64,000 nucleotides of DNA from a virus, in IMG/VR virus record IMGVR_UViG_3300009503_000002. One strand, 5' to 3'. The position numbers were made by a program, and so were the translations under genes. The notes under the pieces are model-generated. The model did no database searches. It was not told the origin of the DNA and was given only the letters and a program-made list of their open reading frames with translations. Positions within the stretch are counted from its first letter, which is position 1; each line of letters begins with the position of its first letter. Of the stretch, positions 44,150 to 54,231 are shown piece after piece.

Positions 44150-46705
44150 ATGGCTGTACGATTTGACGCTGCTGCTGACAGACTACTGAGGACATCCGAC
44201 CTACCGAATGTCAACTCGGCCTATACAGTCATGGGTTGGGTGTATGTCTCATCTGACGTGTCTGACACCTGGGGCACCTTTGTTGCGCTCAATAACAACA
44301 ACTTAGCGAGTGTGGCTGATTATGTTCAGCTTCATCGTTCCGGAACTACGCGCACATGGGTATTGGGTGCCAGCAATGGTAGTTACTATGAGGAGGAAGG
44401 CAGCTCTTATTCCACCCTCACATGGTACCATGTGGCGATGGTTCGCGAGAGCACCACGTCACTGAAGTTATACGTCAATGGAAGCTTGATACTGACAAAC
44501 ACAAACAATGTGGGAAGCCGTGGAAGCGCCACTAGACTGGAGCTAGGAAATGCAACAACCGCCAATGATACACCGCTAAATGGGCGTGTGGCCTACCTCA
44601 AAGCCTGGACTGCTGCACTTTCTGAGGCTGAGATATTGGCCGAGGTGAACGCAATCCGCCCAGTCCGTGCTCTTAACCTATATGGCTTTTGGCCTGCTTT
44701 CCCAGGCAGCGGTGAGCGAATAGCTGATTACAGTGGGAACGGACGGAGCTGGACAGAGGGTGGCACACTGACTGATGAGGACCCGCCACCAGTTTCCTGG
44801 GGTGCTGGGCCGCTTATCTTTCTAATTGCGGGTGCTGCTGAAGCACAGGAGATTCTACCCAGCGGCATCCCAAGTGAAGAGGTCTTTGGCAGCCTAACGG
44901 TCGCATCCCTTCCACCCAATATCCAGCCCAGTGGGATTGCCTCAGAGGAGGCTTTTGGAACAGCAGCGCTTCGCCTCGAAATCAAGCCAACTGGCATTGA
45001 ATCTGGAGAGATATTTGGCACTCCATATATAGGTCTGCAAGTTATTTTGCCAACCGGTATTGCCTCAGCAGAAGCATTTGGCATGGCTGCCATTAGCCTT
45101 AGAATTATTCCACTAGGGATTGTGTCTGCAGAAGTATTTGGAACCCCTCAGCTTGCAGGGCATCAGAACATCTTGCCGACTGGGGTTGAAAGTGCAGTCG
45201 CGTTTGGAAGCCCCATTATCAGCGCTGGTGGGGCAGTTCTTGGAGTAGAAGGCATCCAATCTGCTTTGGCGTGGGGGTATGCAGTGGTCGAAACTGAACC
45301 TTTGTCACTTCTAGGAACAGATGGTGTGTATCTAGGCCATGCCGGAAGCGAGGTAGAATGGCTGAACTGTTGGGACTTGGCTAGTCTTCAAGACTTGTCC
45401 ATCTCAGACAGGCTAGGTGCAGGAAATGACTCGCTCTCTTTCACGATGCGAGTTCCACGAGGTTACACACAGACTAATGAACTTCCACTAAGCGGGCAGT
45501 TGGTCAAGGTCTCCATCGGCGATGCAAAGCTCTTCGAGGGTACAATTGGAAGTGTTGAGAACACATGGTTAGAGTCCGGCCCAACAGCGATACTCCTGAA
45601 ATGTTCTGGTAACTCTTATACCCATCTGCTTGACCGCCACTTGGTCGTGGCGACTCGCGAAGAAGAGCGAGCAGGTGTGAGGGTTCGAGCCATATTGAAG
45701 GAGTTCGCACCTGACTTCGCTGATGACCTGACTGGAATTACAGACGGCCCGATTATCCCACCACAGGACTATGACTACCAGACTGTTACCTCGGTTATCT
45801 CAAGCATTGCACGGATGATTGGGTATTTGTGGGACGTAACGTACGATAGAAAAGTTCTGCTTTTTGCGAACCTAGACGAGCCCGCGCCGATTCAGGAACT
45901 CAACTTGGACAGTTATACTGTTCCAGGCGACATTTCGATTTCAGTTGAACCGGTGCAGGCGAATGTTGTAATTATCAAGGATTTCTCTTCTAAGTCCCGG
46001 AATCCGCATTCTCACGAGATGACCGCGGATGGGCGGACTTCATTTTTCAAGCTACCGATGCCTCCATTTAGCATCGAGGATACTGAAGTTTACGTAAAGC
46101 CAGAGGGCGGGACCGATTGGGTTAAGAGGCTGCTGTTGGAGGACCCGCTAGATGGTTCACCTTCTTCTGTAACGGGAGTTCCGGGTGTGGCCTACCTATG
46201 CACATTCAACTGGGGTGTTAGGTTTCCAACATCTGATATGCCAGGCCCAGGCGATACCGTAAGAGTGGATTACCATCCTGAAATCCCTGACCGAGTTGTG
46301 GTTGTAATGGATGAGGATTCAATACGAGAGTGTGCGCGCCGTGAGTCCAGCGATGGCCGTCATGAGATGTACATGTCAGCCTCGGACTATAGGGTTTCAG
46401 ATGAACTTCCAATCCTACGTTTAGGCGAGATGATTTTAGCTAGAACAGCATGGCCTGTTATCAGTGGAAGCATGGTGCTTCGGACTCAGGATTACGGGGC
46501 TTGGAAGCCAGGTCAGTGGTTCACTATTTACTCAGCCGACCGAGACATTTACGATGTAAGGGCCTGGGTAAAGTCGAACTATACTACAAAGATGCCACAG
46601 CGAGTCTGGGTTACTGAAGTTACGCGGAAGTTCGAGGTTCATCCTGATGGGATTTGGGAATATGATGAAGTTCAGTTTACCTCGCAGCCGTGGGGGGAGA
46701 TTTAG
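44150..46705 (+). CDS. tail/baseplate protein with an N-terminal concanavalin/LamG-like domain, a tandem-repeat linker and a large C-terminal domain
   Basis: TWYHVAMVRE...LKLYVNGSL...LNGRVAYLKAW is LamG-like. Seven ~21-aa repeats follow, then about 480 aa. Confidence 0.65.
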   Translation: MAVRFDAAADRLLRTSDLPNVNSAYTVMGWVYVSSDVSDTWGTFVALNNNNLASVADYVQLHRSGTTRTWVLGASNGSYYEEEGSSYSTLTWYHVAMVRESTTSLKLYVNGSLILTNTNNVGSRGSATRLELGNATTANDTPLNGRVAYLKAWTAALSEAEILAEVNAIRPVRALNLYGFWPAFPGSGERIADYSGNGRSWTEGGTLTDEDPPPVSWGAGPLIFLIAGAAEAQEILPSGIPSEEVFGSLTVASLPPNIQPSGIASEEAFGTAALRLEIKPTGIESGEIFGTPYIGLQVILPTGIASAEAFGMAAISLRIIPLGIVSAEVFGTPQLAGHQNILPTGVESAVAFGSPIISAGGAVLGVEGIQSALAWGYAVVETEPLSLLGTDGVYLGHAGSEVEWLNCWDLASLQDLSISDRLGAGNDSLSFTMRVPRGYTQTNELPLSGQLVKVSIGDAKLFEGTIGSVENTWLESGPTAILLKCSGNSYTHLLDRHLVVATREEERAGVRVRAILKEFAPDFADDLTGITDGPIIPPQDYDYQTVTSVISSIARMIGYLWDVTYDRKVLLFANLDEPAPIQELNLDSYTVPGDISISVEPVQANVVIIKDFSSKSRNPHSHEMTADGRTSFFKLPMPPFSIEDTEVYVKPEGGTDWVKRLLLEDPLDGSPSSVTGVPGVAYLCTFNWGVRFPTSDMPGPGDTVRVDYHPEIPDRVVVVMDEDSIRECARRESSDGRHEMYMSASDYRVSDELPILRLGEMILARTAWPVISGSMVLRTQDYGAWKPGQWFTIYSADRDIYDVRAWVKSNYTTKMPQRVWVTEVTRKFEVHPDGIWEYDEVQFTSQPWGEI
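44852..45289 (+). repeat. in-frame tandem repeats, seven copies of about 21 codons (I.P.GI.S.E.FG)
   Basis: The copies read ILPSGIPSEEVFGS, IQPSGIASEEAFGT, IKPTGIESGEIFGT, ILPTGIASAEAFGM, IPLGIVSAEVFGT, ILPTGVESAVAFGS and VEGIQSALAWGY. Confidence 0.8.
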
Positions 46706-46706
46706 A

Positions 46707-47390
46707 ATGGTTGTGTTGGGTTCGATTGTCCGTAATGGAGTTGCATACCTTGCGAACTACTTTTGGCGCTGTGAACGGCTATGGAAAGCCCTTAATGGCG
46801 GCTTACATGTGATACTTCTGGAGGGCGATTCGACGGATGGAACTAAGCCATTTATGGAGGATGTCGATTATCCATGGCTCACTAAGCTTGAACTTAACTT
46901 AGGCAATGAGACATTTGGACATGTTGACCACCCTGCTAGGTGGCTTCGGATTTCAAAGTGTGCGAACAAAGTCCTGGAGGCGATACCCGCCTCAGCGGAA
47001 AAGTTCATCTGGGTTGAGACAGACATCATCTGGGCTGTTGATAGCATGGTAGATCTGCTTGATTGCGTAAGCGAGAAGGTTGCTGTGGCACCGATGATAT
47101 TGGCTTATGGAACGAATCGGTTCTATGATGTCTGGGGCTTCCGCGAGCTGAACGGTGCGTGCTTTTCCGCATTTCCTCCTTATTATAGGGGGTGGCCAGC
47201 TCAGGGCCTGTATGAAATCCAGTCGGCTGGTTCATGCATCGTGATGCCAGCGTGGGTTGCCAGAGCTGCGCGGTACCCAACCAATCCTGTAATCTGCGAC
47301 GGGATTGTTGGCTGGTGTCGAGACATTCGGCTAAATGGCGTGAAGCTGTTTCTGAAGCCAGATGTTACGTTCTACCATCCAAACGAGTGA
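46707..47390 (+). CDS. putative GT-A fold glycosyltransferase
   Basis: ATG 46707 follows GGGGGGAGA. VVLGSIVRNG strand, LLEGDSTDGT and WVETD (DxD-like). Confidence 0.5.
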   Translation: MVVLGSIVRNGVAYLANYFWRCERLWKALNGGLHVILLEGDSTDGTKPFMEDVDYPWLTKLELNLGNETFGHVDHPARWLRISKCANKVLEAIPASAEKFIWVETDIIWAVDSMVDLLDCVSEKVAVAPMILAYGTNRFYDVWGFRELNGACFSAFPPYYRGWPAQGLYEIQSAGSCIVMPAWVARAARYPTNPVICDGIVGWCRDIRLNGVKLFLKPDVTFYHPNE

Positions 47391-47393
47391 AAG

Positions 47394-48041
47394 ATGGCTA
47401 AGATAGTGGGGGTTGCGACAACTTGGAACGAGGCGAAGAGCATTGGACATTTAGTGCTGGGGTTTCGGCTAGCAGGCTGCCAGGATGTAATTATCGTGGA
47501 CAATTGCTCTACTGATGGCACTGCTGAGATAGCTGAACAACGGGGTGCCACTGTTATCGAAAAGCCTTGCACAATAAGTGAAGGGCTCATGACAGGTTGG
47601 AAACATGCAGTCCTGGCTGGTGCTGACTATGTGCTCCAGTGCGACGCAGGAGACAGCTTCGACCCGCTGGAAGGACAGAGTTTCGTTGGCCTGAAAGCTG
47701 ACCTTGTAGTTGGGATGCGGCTAATCTATGTTGGTCGTTCCTGGCGGCGCTTTGCATCTTTAATGTTCAGCCAAGCCTGTAACAGGCTAACTGGTTTTGC
47801 GGTAGCCGATTGGACGTCTGGTTTTCGCCTTTTCTCACGGGACTTGCTCATCAGCCTCTTAGGAAAGGACTTTCGCTACAGAGGGCACGTTTGGCAAGCA
47901 GAAGTTCTCTTGCGTGCTTTATACAGTGGTGCTATAGTAAAAGAGCAACCAGTCAGTTATATCGCTGGCAGAAGCAACATGCCATTGCGAGACTGGCTGG
48001 AGGCTTTGGGTTTCTTGGTGAGGCTAGGATGCAGAAGCTAA
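47394..48041 (+). CDS. family 2 glycosyltransferase
   Basis: VIIVDNCSTDGTAEIAEQRGATVI plus LQCDAGDSFDP. Confidence 0.8.
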   Translation: MAKIVGVATTWNEAKSIGHLVLGFRLAGCQDVIIVDNCSTDGTAEIAEQRGATVIEKPCTISEGLMTGWKHAVLAGADYVLQCDAGDSFDPLEGQSFVGLKADLVVGMRLIYVGRSWRRFASLMFSQACNRLTGFAVADWTSGFRLFSRDLLISLLGKDFRYRGHVWQAEVLLRALYSGAIVKEQPVSYIAGRSNMPLRDWLEALGFLVRLGCRS

Positions 48042-48898
48042 GAGTTAGCGGTTCGATTGATATTCGCAGCTTAGCGGCGAAGAATATTATTACGTCCGAA
48101 GGGCGTGATGCGCTTCTTACAGCAATCGCTGGTAATACATCCCCTGGTTGGGCGTATCTAGCGGTGGGGACTGGGTCAAGCACCCCAGGCTCAGCCCAGA
48201 CTGCGTTAGATTGCGAGCTCTACCGTGGGCCCTTCGTAGGTGGATGGGTCACCAATCCTGGAACAGCCAGGCTTGTAGCTGTGTTCACGGCTGGAGAAGC
48301 GAATGGGACTTGGTACGAGTTTGGGATTTTCAATGAGCCTGCTAAGCAATCGGTTCTCTCGGCATGTGATGGCACGGCGGGCTGGTCTTCAGACGGAACG
48401 CTTGTCTCGGAGACATCTTATGTGATGCAGGGCGCGGCAAGCTTGCGCTGTCAAATGCCAGCAGGCGGAAGTGTGGCATTTCAAGGTACTGCATTAGTTC
48501 CATCCACACCTGACATCAGCTCCGTTGTCTGGTCTGCTTCTGACAGGCTACAGTTTTGGTACCGTTCTTCGACAGATATCGGAACTGTGTGGGTTCGCGT
48601 TGGCAATAGCGGTTCAGCTTACTACCTTTTCCAATGGGTGCCAGGCTCGGCTAACACTTGGCACTTGTTCTCAGAGAAACTATCGAATGCTGGTACCGTA
48701 GTGGGCTATCCACTGATGCCGTTTCAGTACTTTCTACTATACCACAGCCCTCAGGCCTCTCCATTCAATGAGTATGTAGATTATATTTCGATATATGGTG
48801 AGAATGGTGAGATGATGACACGGGGAGTTTTTGGGACACCTGTCACGAAAGAGTGGCAGGAAGTTCTGAACGCTCACTATACAGTGGTGATTGAATGA
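48029..48898 (+). CDS. hypothetical tail fibre/receptor-binding protein
   Basis: ATG 48029; the ORF-track start at 47810 lies inside the glycosyltransferase gene. Beta-rich. Confidence 0.5.
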   Translation: MQKLRVSGSIDIRSLAAKNIITSEGRDALLTAIAGNTSPGWAYLAVGTGSSTPGSAQTALDCELYRGPFVGGWVTNPGTARLVAVFTAGEANGTWYEFGIFNEPAKQSVLSACDGTAGWSSDGTLVSETSYVMQGAASLRCQMPAGGSVAFQGTALVPSTPDISSVVWSASDRLQFWYRSSTDIGTVWVRVGNSGSAYYLFQWVPGSANTWHLFSEKLSNAGTVVGYPLMPFQYFLLYHSPQASPFNEYVDYISIYGENGEMMTRGVFGTPVTKEWQEVLNAHYTVVIE

Positions 48899-49119
48899 AG
48901 CTCTCAGATATGATAGCGGAGATTTGGGACAGGGCGCATCATGTCTTCCCGAAGTATGCGCCGAGAAAGCTTCTAACCTGGACTACTATGACAGAGTCAC
49001 GTGCGCTTCTTGGGACTGATGAGAGTGAGATTACAACTGTGCCATTTCCTGCTAAGTGGGCGGCTGATACTGGCAAGACCTCAGAGAATGTGAACTGGGG
49101 TGAAGGGGTCTGGTCATGA
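48895..49119 (+). CDS. hypothetical small protein
   Basis: ATGA overlap. 74 aa. Confidence 0.4.
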   Translation: MKLSDMIAEIWDRAHHVFPKYAPRKLLTWTTMTESRALLGTDESEITTVPFPAKWAADTGKTSENVNWGEGVWS

Positions 49120-49784
49120 CGGCACATTCAAGCCCTGTGAGTCCTGGCAATAACATCAAAGCCGATGACCTGGCGAACATCGAACTAGACATCACACAGT
49201 ACCATGACCACTCTGGAGGTGACAAAGGCAATGTCCTCAGTCCACTCTCTATCAGCAGTGGTGCTGTAAGCCTCTCCAGTTTTGTTGCCTATGAGCGAAC
49301 GGATTTCCTGCCTGCGATGGTCTATACTCAGAATGGCACTGTGTGCATGGGGGGGACGTTGAGCACTAGCTTTCTGTGGCCTTACATTCAGTTAGGGACG
49401 GCTGTTGGAACTGCAGCCTTACGAGTGGTCGCATATGCTATTTGGTCGCCGCCGTCCTATGCAACAACAGGGTCGGCTTTCGCGATAATCCGTTGGGGAA
49501 CAGCGACCGAGACGAATAAGGCTGTGAGCCTTTGTGGTACAGTTTATTCCCAGCTTGCTAACACCTCAGCTACCCCCGATGTTCTTACTTTTACAGGTGG
49601 TGGTGGAACAGTAGGCTCAGCAGCTGCTAATGAGGTTGTCCTCTATGGGACTTGCAACTTGGGAGCACTTTCAACATCGCGGGTCTATTTCCTAAGCTAC
49701 ACACGTAACCCTGGCGCTTACTCTGATACGTACCCAAGAACTCCGAACTTTTTAGGCTTTCTCATTCGGTATGGAGTGAAGTGA
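49116..49784 (+). CDS. hypothetical tail protein
   Basis: ATGA overlap. 222 aa, Gly/Ser/Thr-rich and beta-type. Confidence 0.5.
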   Translation: MTAHSSPVSPGNNIKADDLANIELDITQYHDHSGGDKGNVLSPLSISSGAVSLSSFVAYERTDFLPAMVYTQNGTVCMGGTLSTSFLWPYIQLGTAVGTAALRVVAYAIWSPPSYATTGSAFAIIRWGTATETNKAVSLCGTVYSQLANTSATPDVLTFTGGGGTVGSAAANEVVLYGTCNLGALSTSRVYFLSYTRNPGAYSDTYPRTPNFLGFLIRYGVK

Positions 49785-51724
49785 CAATGGCCCTCCGTTC
49801 AACTGTCGCATCAGGAAACTGGAGCAGTCCCTCAGTCTGGGCTGGCGGAACAGTCCCAGTTGCAGGCGACTCAGTGCTTATCAACGCCGAGCATGATGTG
49901 GTCTTCGACGTGAGCCAGCTTGGTTGGGGAAGTGGGCTTGGGACGGTAACGGTGAATGGGAAGCTCAGGTTTTCTAACTCCACCGCAACGTGTCTTTTCC
50001 TTGGTGGGCCAACCTATGCGGGTTCAATAGTCATCAATGGGACAGTCACAATCGGAGAGCCTGAAAGTCCCATCCCCTTTGGCCCTTCACCTTATTTTTA
50101 CTACGCGCAAGTTTACTCATACTGTCCAACTTCGCCTACGAACGCTACTCCACCTGTGACTATCTTCAACCTAGCATCAGATACAGCCTTGTTCTCAGCC
50201 TTCGGTTCAGCGGGTACGCCAATCTTTTGCACAACTGGCAGTGCACCAGCAGGGGCTGGCTCTATTACTCTGAACGCGCCGTATCTGGGGACCGTCGGAA
50301 GTGACTTCGGGCTTTACATCTCAGTCCTCTCAGGTGGAACACTTAGCTACCAATATATCACTGCAACTGGCTATAATCCAAGTACCCATGTCTTGAGCTT
50401 CACCCCCACTTTAAGCGGTAGTGTGCCACCTGGTGGCCTTTTGCTCCGTGCGACAATGCCTGTTTTAATCATGCCAGACGGGTCCGGTGGTGCAATCCCG
50501 TTCAACCGCATCCAGCCGAATCTCTCAGTAACTGGGGTACGGTTTGCTAATGTAAACTGGGGACTTTTCGCTAACTGTTATGGGACGGCAGGATGGTCGA
50601 ATTGGTACCCATTTGCAAGATATGGTGGAAGTTTTGATGCCTGCAGTTTGAATGCTAGCCTTAGCAGCGCAGACCGGTTCTTTTTCCGTGTGGGGAGCGT
50701 TTCGATTAGCAACTCTGCATTCGTAATTAGCGGTGCATCACACGATTTTATTAGTTACAGTTTCGACTGCTCACTCACTAACTGTGGGTTTATAGATATT
50801 GGATATGGGCCAGCTCTGATATCTGAGGCTCAAGATGTTTCAGTGGAAAATTGTATCGTAATGCTAGGTGGGCAGACAGCCCTATTCGAGAATTGCCACA
50901 ATAGCAAGGTCTGGGGTGGGACTGTGTGGGCTGATGTTCGAGGATACCAGCAGGTTTTCAGTAGATGTTCTGATTGCGCCGTTGGAAGTGCAGTCCTTCA
51001 GAACTTAGCAAGCAGCAGCGATAACATTCTAGCTTACTCCTGCACATTCACAGGTTCTGCGATACTTCAGCGGCCTGGGAACATTCGATTGGAAGAGTGC
51101 ACTTTCAACTGGAGCTCGCTCTATGATTTATCCAAGTTCCAATATCAGCTGAGCGGCTTGCTTCAGTCAGTTTGGATTAGGAACTCGACAGCTTCACCGG
51201 TTGGAACAGTCTCCATTACAGGCGGTGGAAGTGCGGTATTACAGGCCAGCCCGCCAGGTTCGGCAACTGTTGCTGGAGTTCCGGTGTTCAAGTTAATGGA
51301 GGGTCCCACAGTGGAGATTTCTGGCTTGCAGGCTCCAGTGGGCCTCTTGGCCAGGACTACGGTTCCGGGCTCAGGGCGCCTCGTCGCGCGGATGTATTTC
51401 TACCTTGACTGGGCGTCCTTAGACTCAACTCGCCTTGAGTACATCCCATGGTGTCGTGTATATAGCCTCTCAGGAGATGTGCTTGCCAATAGCAGTCCTG
51501 GCCCAACTAAGATGAACGACTGGGGTGTTAAAGCTTGGAACGTGGTGGATGTGTACTGGGAGAACCAGAGTGAGCTGTCAGAGGAAGTGATTGTGATGGT
51601 CGGCGTACGGAAGGTGAACAGTATTTTATACCAGACGTACGTGTCCTTGGCACTGTGGCTCGACAGTGAGCTGCCCGCCTCACTCCCGGTTGAGTACGAA
51701 ACGGAGGAGCTGAAGCCAGCATAA
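49781..51724 (+). CDS. beta-helix-type tail spike/fibre protein, paralog 1
   Basis: N-terminus ASGNWSSPSVWAGGTVPVAGDSVLINAEHDVVFD, then a long Gly/Ser/Asn/Cys-rich repetitive body typical of right-handed beta-helices. Confidence 0.6.
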   Translation: MTMALRSTVASGNWSSPSVWAGGTVPVAGDSVLINAEHDVVFDVSQLGWGSGLGTVTVNGKLRFSNSTATCLFLGGPTYAGSIVINGTVTIGEPESPIPFGPSPYFYYAQVYSYCPTSPTNATPPVTIFNLASDTALFSAFGSAGTPIFCTTGSAPAGAGSITLNAPYLGTVGSDFGLYISVLSGGTLSYQYITATGYNPSTHVLSFTPTLSGSVPPGGLLLRATMPVLIMPDGSGGAIPFNRIQPNLSVTGVRFANVNWGLFANCYGTAGWSNWYPFARYGGSFDACSLNASLSSADRFFFRVGSVSISNSAFVISGASHDFISYSFDCSLTNCGFIDIGYGPALISEAQDVSVENCIVMLGGQTALFENCHNSKVWGGTVWADVRGYQQVFSRCSDCAVGSAVLQNLASSSDNILAYSCTFTGSAILQRPGNIRLEECTFNWSSLYDLSKFQYQLSGLLQSVWIRNSTASPVGTVSITGGGSAVLQASPPGSATVAGVPVFKLMEGPTVEISGLQAPVGLLARTTVPGSGRLVARMYFYLDWASLDSTRLEYIPWCRVYSLSGDVLANSSPGPTKMNDWGVKAWNVVDVYWENQSELSEEVIVMVGVRKVNSILYQTYVSLALWLDSELPASLPVEYETEELKPA

Positions 51725-51725
51725 G

Positions 51726-54230
51726 ATGGCAACTAGAACAGCAGTTCAAAGTGGACTTTGGAGTTTAGCAAGCACCTGGGACACTGGTATTCCAGCAGCG
51801 GGCGATACAGTTATCATTCCATCTGGCATCACTGTTACACTGGATAAGTCGTATACGGGTTCCAACGCACTCTCGACAATTAATGTCACAGGCGGGACTT
51901 TATATTGCCCTGGCAACATTGCAAGCACGATTCAGCTCGAAGTCACAACCTACATTCATATTGAGGGCTCAGAAGTCTATGGGATTGGGGAAGTCATACT
52001 CGGAAGTGAGGATAATCCAGTTACCCTCAAGTCAGGTGCAGAACGAATTAAGTTTGTTGGCCTCTCTGAAACCTTGTTTCATCTGGGCCAAGAGGCGCAG
52101 GTGAAAGTTTATTGTGATATGTCAGTCCCTACGCTGATGAAGGCCACAACTCGTGCTGGCGCTGGAAGCACTACAGTTTGGGTTGACTCTGATTTTACAT
52201 TCGCTGCTGGGCAAAAGGTATTTATACCTTCCCATGGCGCCACACATACGCTCGCAAGTGGTTCTGGGAGTCGCGTCTTAGTTTTAGACCCACCATTATA
52301 CGACACTCTGGCACAGGGTGCTGATATCATCTTTCTGACGAAACCAGTCTTGCTTCGTTCTCAAGAAGGCGGGTTTGGCACACCATTTGGTTACGTCTTT
52401 GTCGCACCATCGTCCGCAAGGTATGAAATTGAGCTACATGGCGCAAAGCTTGAGGGAAAGGCCGCTTTCTATTCAACTGTGGCGGGGAGCAGAGATATTC
52501 TCTTTGACCGATGTTCACTTGAATCTGCAGTCCTCTGGGAGCTATCGGGTGAGGATGGCACTAGCATTAACAACTTCCGCATGAACGGGTGTGGGGTAAA
52601 GGACTGGGGTTTCTTTTACGGTATATTCTGTCAACTGTTGGACTGGACTACAGTTAACTCTTCCTGTTTTTACTCTGCTTCAACACTAACTCATCGATGC
52701 CGAAATATCTCGTTTAAAGACTGCTCTTTTTATTTCGATGCGCCACTTATTCGAGAGTCAAGCCGAATTCGTCTGGACGATTGCAGATTTGTCTTCCTTG
52801 ACCCTCTATATGACGGAGTTTATCCTGTGGTTAGTGAGAACTCCTTTGACTGTACGATTGACAATTTGGTGCTTGAGGGAGCACCTTCTAATGCGCTCCT
52901 CTTCCGTGCCTGCAACAGGATACGGGTGAATGGGAACATGGTGCCAAGCGGTGTACAAGTTCAGCAATGTCCCGTGTCAAGCCGCCTTGAGTTCACCGGC
53001 GGGAAGAGTTGGGATGAAAGCCACTGGACTAGCTCGGAGATGGCTACTTGTGCAGGTTCATCCGCTGTCTTCAAGTGGGTAAGGGGCGACGCTTGGGTTG
53101 AAGAGCTTACGACTGGTGGGAAAGTTATTTATCCATTCAGACAAGTCTTGTGGGAAACTGAGACCAAGCGAACTTATCAGAAGTTAGACTTGTTCCATCA
53201 TGAGACACAGGGTGTAGAGAGGTCGTTTGCATTTGATGCTGTAACACCACACGATTTTCTTGCGACTGTCGTAAGTTTAGCATGTACCACTACAGCGCCA
53301 TCATCGGGACCGACCCTCAAAGTGGTGGATGAGATTGAGCATTGGTTTTCAGGCCATGGAACAACTCTCCTACAGTTAACATGCGATGCAGTACCCATGG
53401 GTATTTCGACAGCTGAAGGGACTGGCTCGCTGGCTGCCATCAAGCGGTACCATGCCGCTCTTACCCCTGGAAGCCCGGCACACGTTGTTCTGGAGCGTTT
53501 CGGCCTACAAGACAAGCCGTTACATGTTGAGGCGGTTAGCTTAGAAGATGTGATGAGAGCCAACCAACAGGTTCGTTTACGGAGCCTGGTCGTTTCACCA
53601 CTCGGTCATCTACACACTGGCCTTGAGCATGATGGGACGCAGCTCTCTTTGGTTCCGTCAAGCCTACCTCGTTCGAAGAGACAGATGCTTCGCAAGTCCG
53701 TCTTTGTACCCGTGGTTGGAGGCATCTCATCAGATGGAAGCCTATTGAACTTTGAGGAGTTTTTAGGCTTTGGCATTCGTGTCCCCAATACTAAGAAGAA
53801 GTTTGCAATAGTGGGTGCATGCGCAGTACCAAAAGAGATGACATCTGGGCTTGCACCTATGTCTGTTGAAGTAATCATGTTGGGAACTAGTCTAGATGGA
53901 TTTTGGTATGGAGAGCGGCAGGCATATTCGGTTGAGGTTGCATTTGCTAAGATGCCAACTAAGGGACTAACAACCCACCTCTCATCCGAGACGCTCGTCC
54001 GAAACAGCTACGAGAGCTTCTGGAATTATTCGTGTTTTGGATATGAGACGATATTTCCACGGAGCGAAGCGCTTGCTGCTTTTTCAAAGGAAGGTATAGT
54101 AAGCAGCATCACGGAAGAGGATATCCTGTTTGTAATCTTGTACTTACACAAGAACGAAGAGCCTCGCAGTTATACAGCAGGAGGCCTCGACTTAGTTCAG
54201 GGGTTTATTGTGCACTTTTGGGGAACGTAG
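51726..54230 (+). CDS. beta-helix-type tail spike/fibre protein, paralog 2
   Basis: N-terminus QSGLWSLASTWDTGIPAAGDTVIIPSGITVTLD is homologous to the previous gene. Confidence 0.6.
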   Translation: MATRTAVQSGLWSLASTWDTGIPAAGDTVIIPSGITVTLDKSYTGSNALSTINVTGGTLYCPGNIASTIQLEVTTYIHIEGSEVYGIGEVILGSEDNPVTLKSGAERIKFVGLSETLFHLGQEAQVKVYCDMSVPTLMKATTRAGAGSTTVWVDSDFTFAAGQKVFIPSHGATHTLASGSGSRVLVLDPPLYDTLAQGADIIFLTKPVLLRSQEGGFGTPFGYVFVAPSSARYEIELHGAKLEGKAAFYSTVAGSRDILFDRCSLESAVLWELSGEDGTSINNFRMNGCGVKDWGFFYGIFCQLLDWTTVNSSCFYSASTLTHRCRNISFKDCSFYFDAPLIRESSRIRLDDCRFVFLDPLYDGVYPVVSENSFDCTIDNLVLEGAPSNALLFRACNRIRVNGNMVPSGVQVQQCPVSSRLEFTGGKSWDESHWTSSEMATCAGSSAVFKWVRGDAWVEELTTGGKVIYPFRQVLWETETKRTYQKLDLFHHETQGVERSFAFDAVTPHDFLATVVSLACTTTAPSSGPTLKVVDEIEHWFSGHGTTLLQLTCDAVPMGISTAEGTGSLAAIKRYHAALTPGSPAHVVLERFGLQDKPLHVEAVSLEDVMRANQQVRLRSLVVSPLGHLHTGLEHDGTQLSLVPSSLPRSKRQMLRKSVFVPVVGGISSDGSLLNFEEFLGFGIRVPNTKKKFAIVGACAVPKEMTSGLAPMSVEVIMLGTSLDGFWYGERQAYSVEVAFAKMPTKGLTTHLSSETLVRNSYESFWNYSCFGYETIFPRSEALAAFSKEGIVSSITEEDILFVILYLHKNEEPRSYTAGGLDLVQGFIVHFWGT

Positions 54231-54231
54231 G

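Noticed and set aside
47810-48028. ORF-track start at 47810 for the fibre-like gene
   Set aside because: This N-terminal extension lies entirely within the family-2 glycosyltransferase gene in another frame. ATG 48029 at the gene junction is the plausible start.
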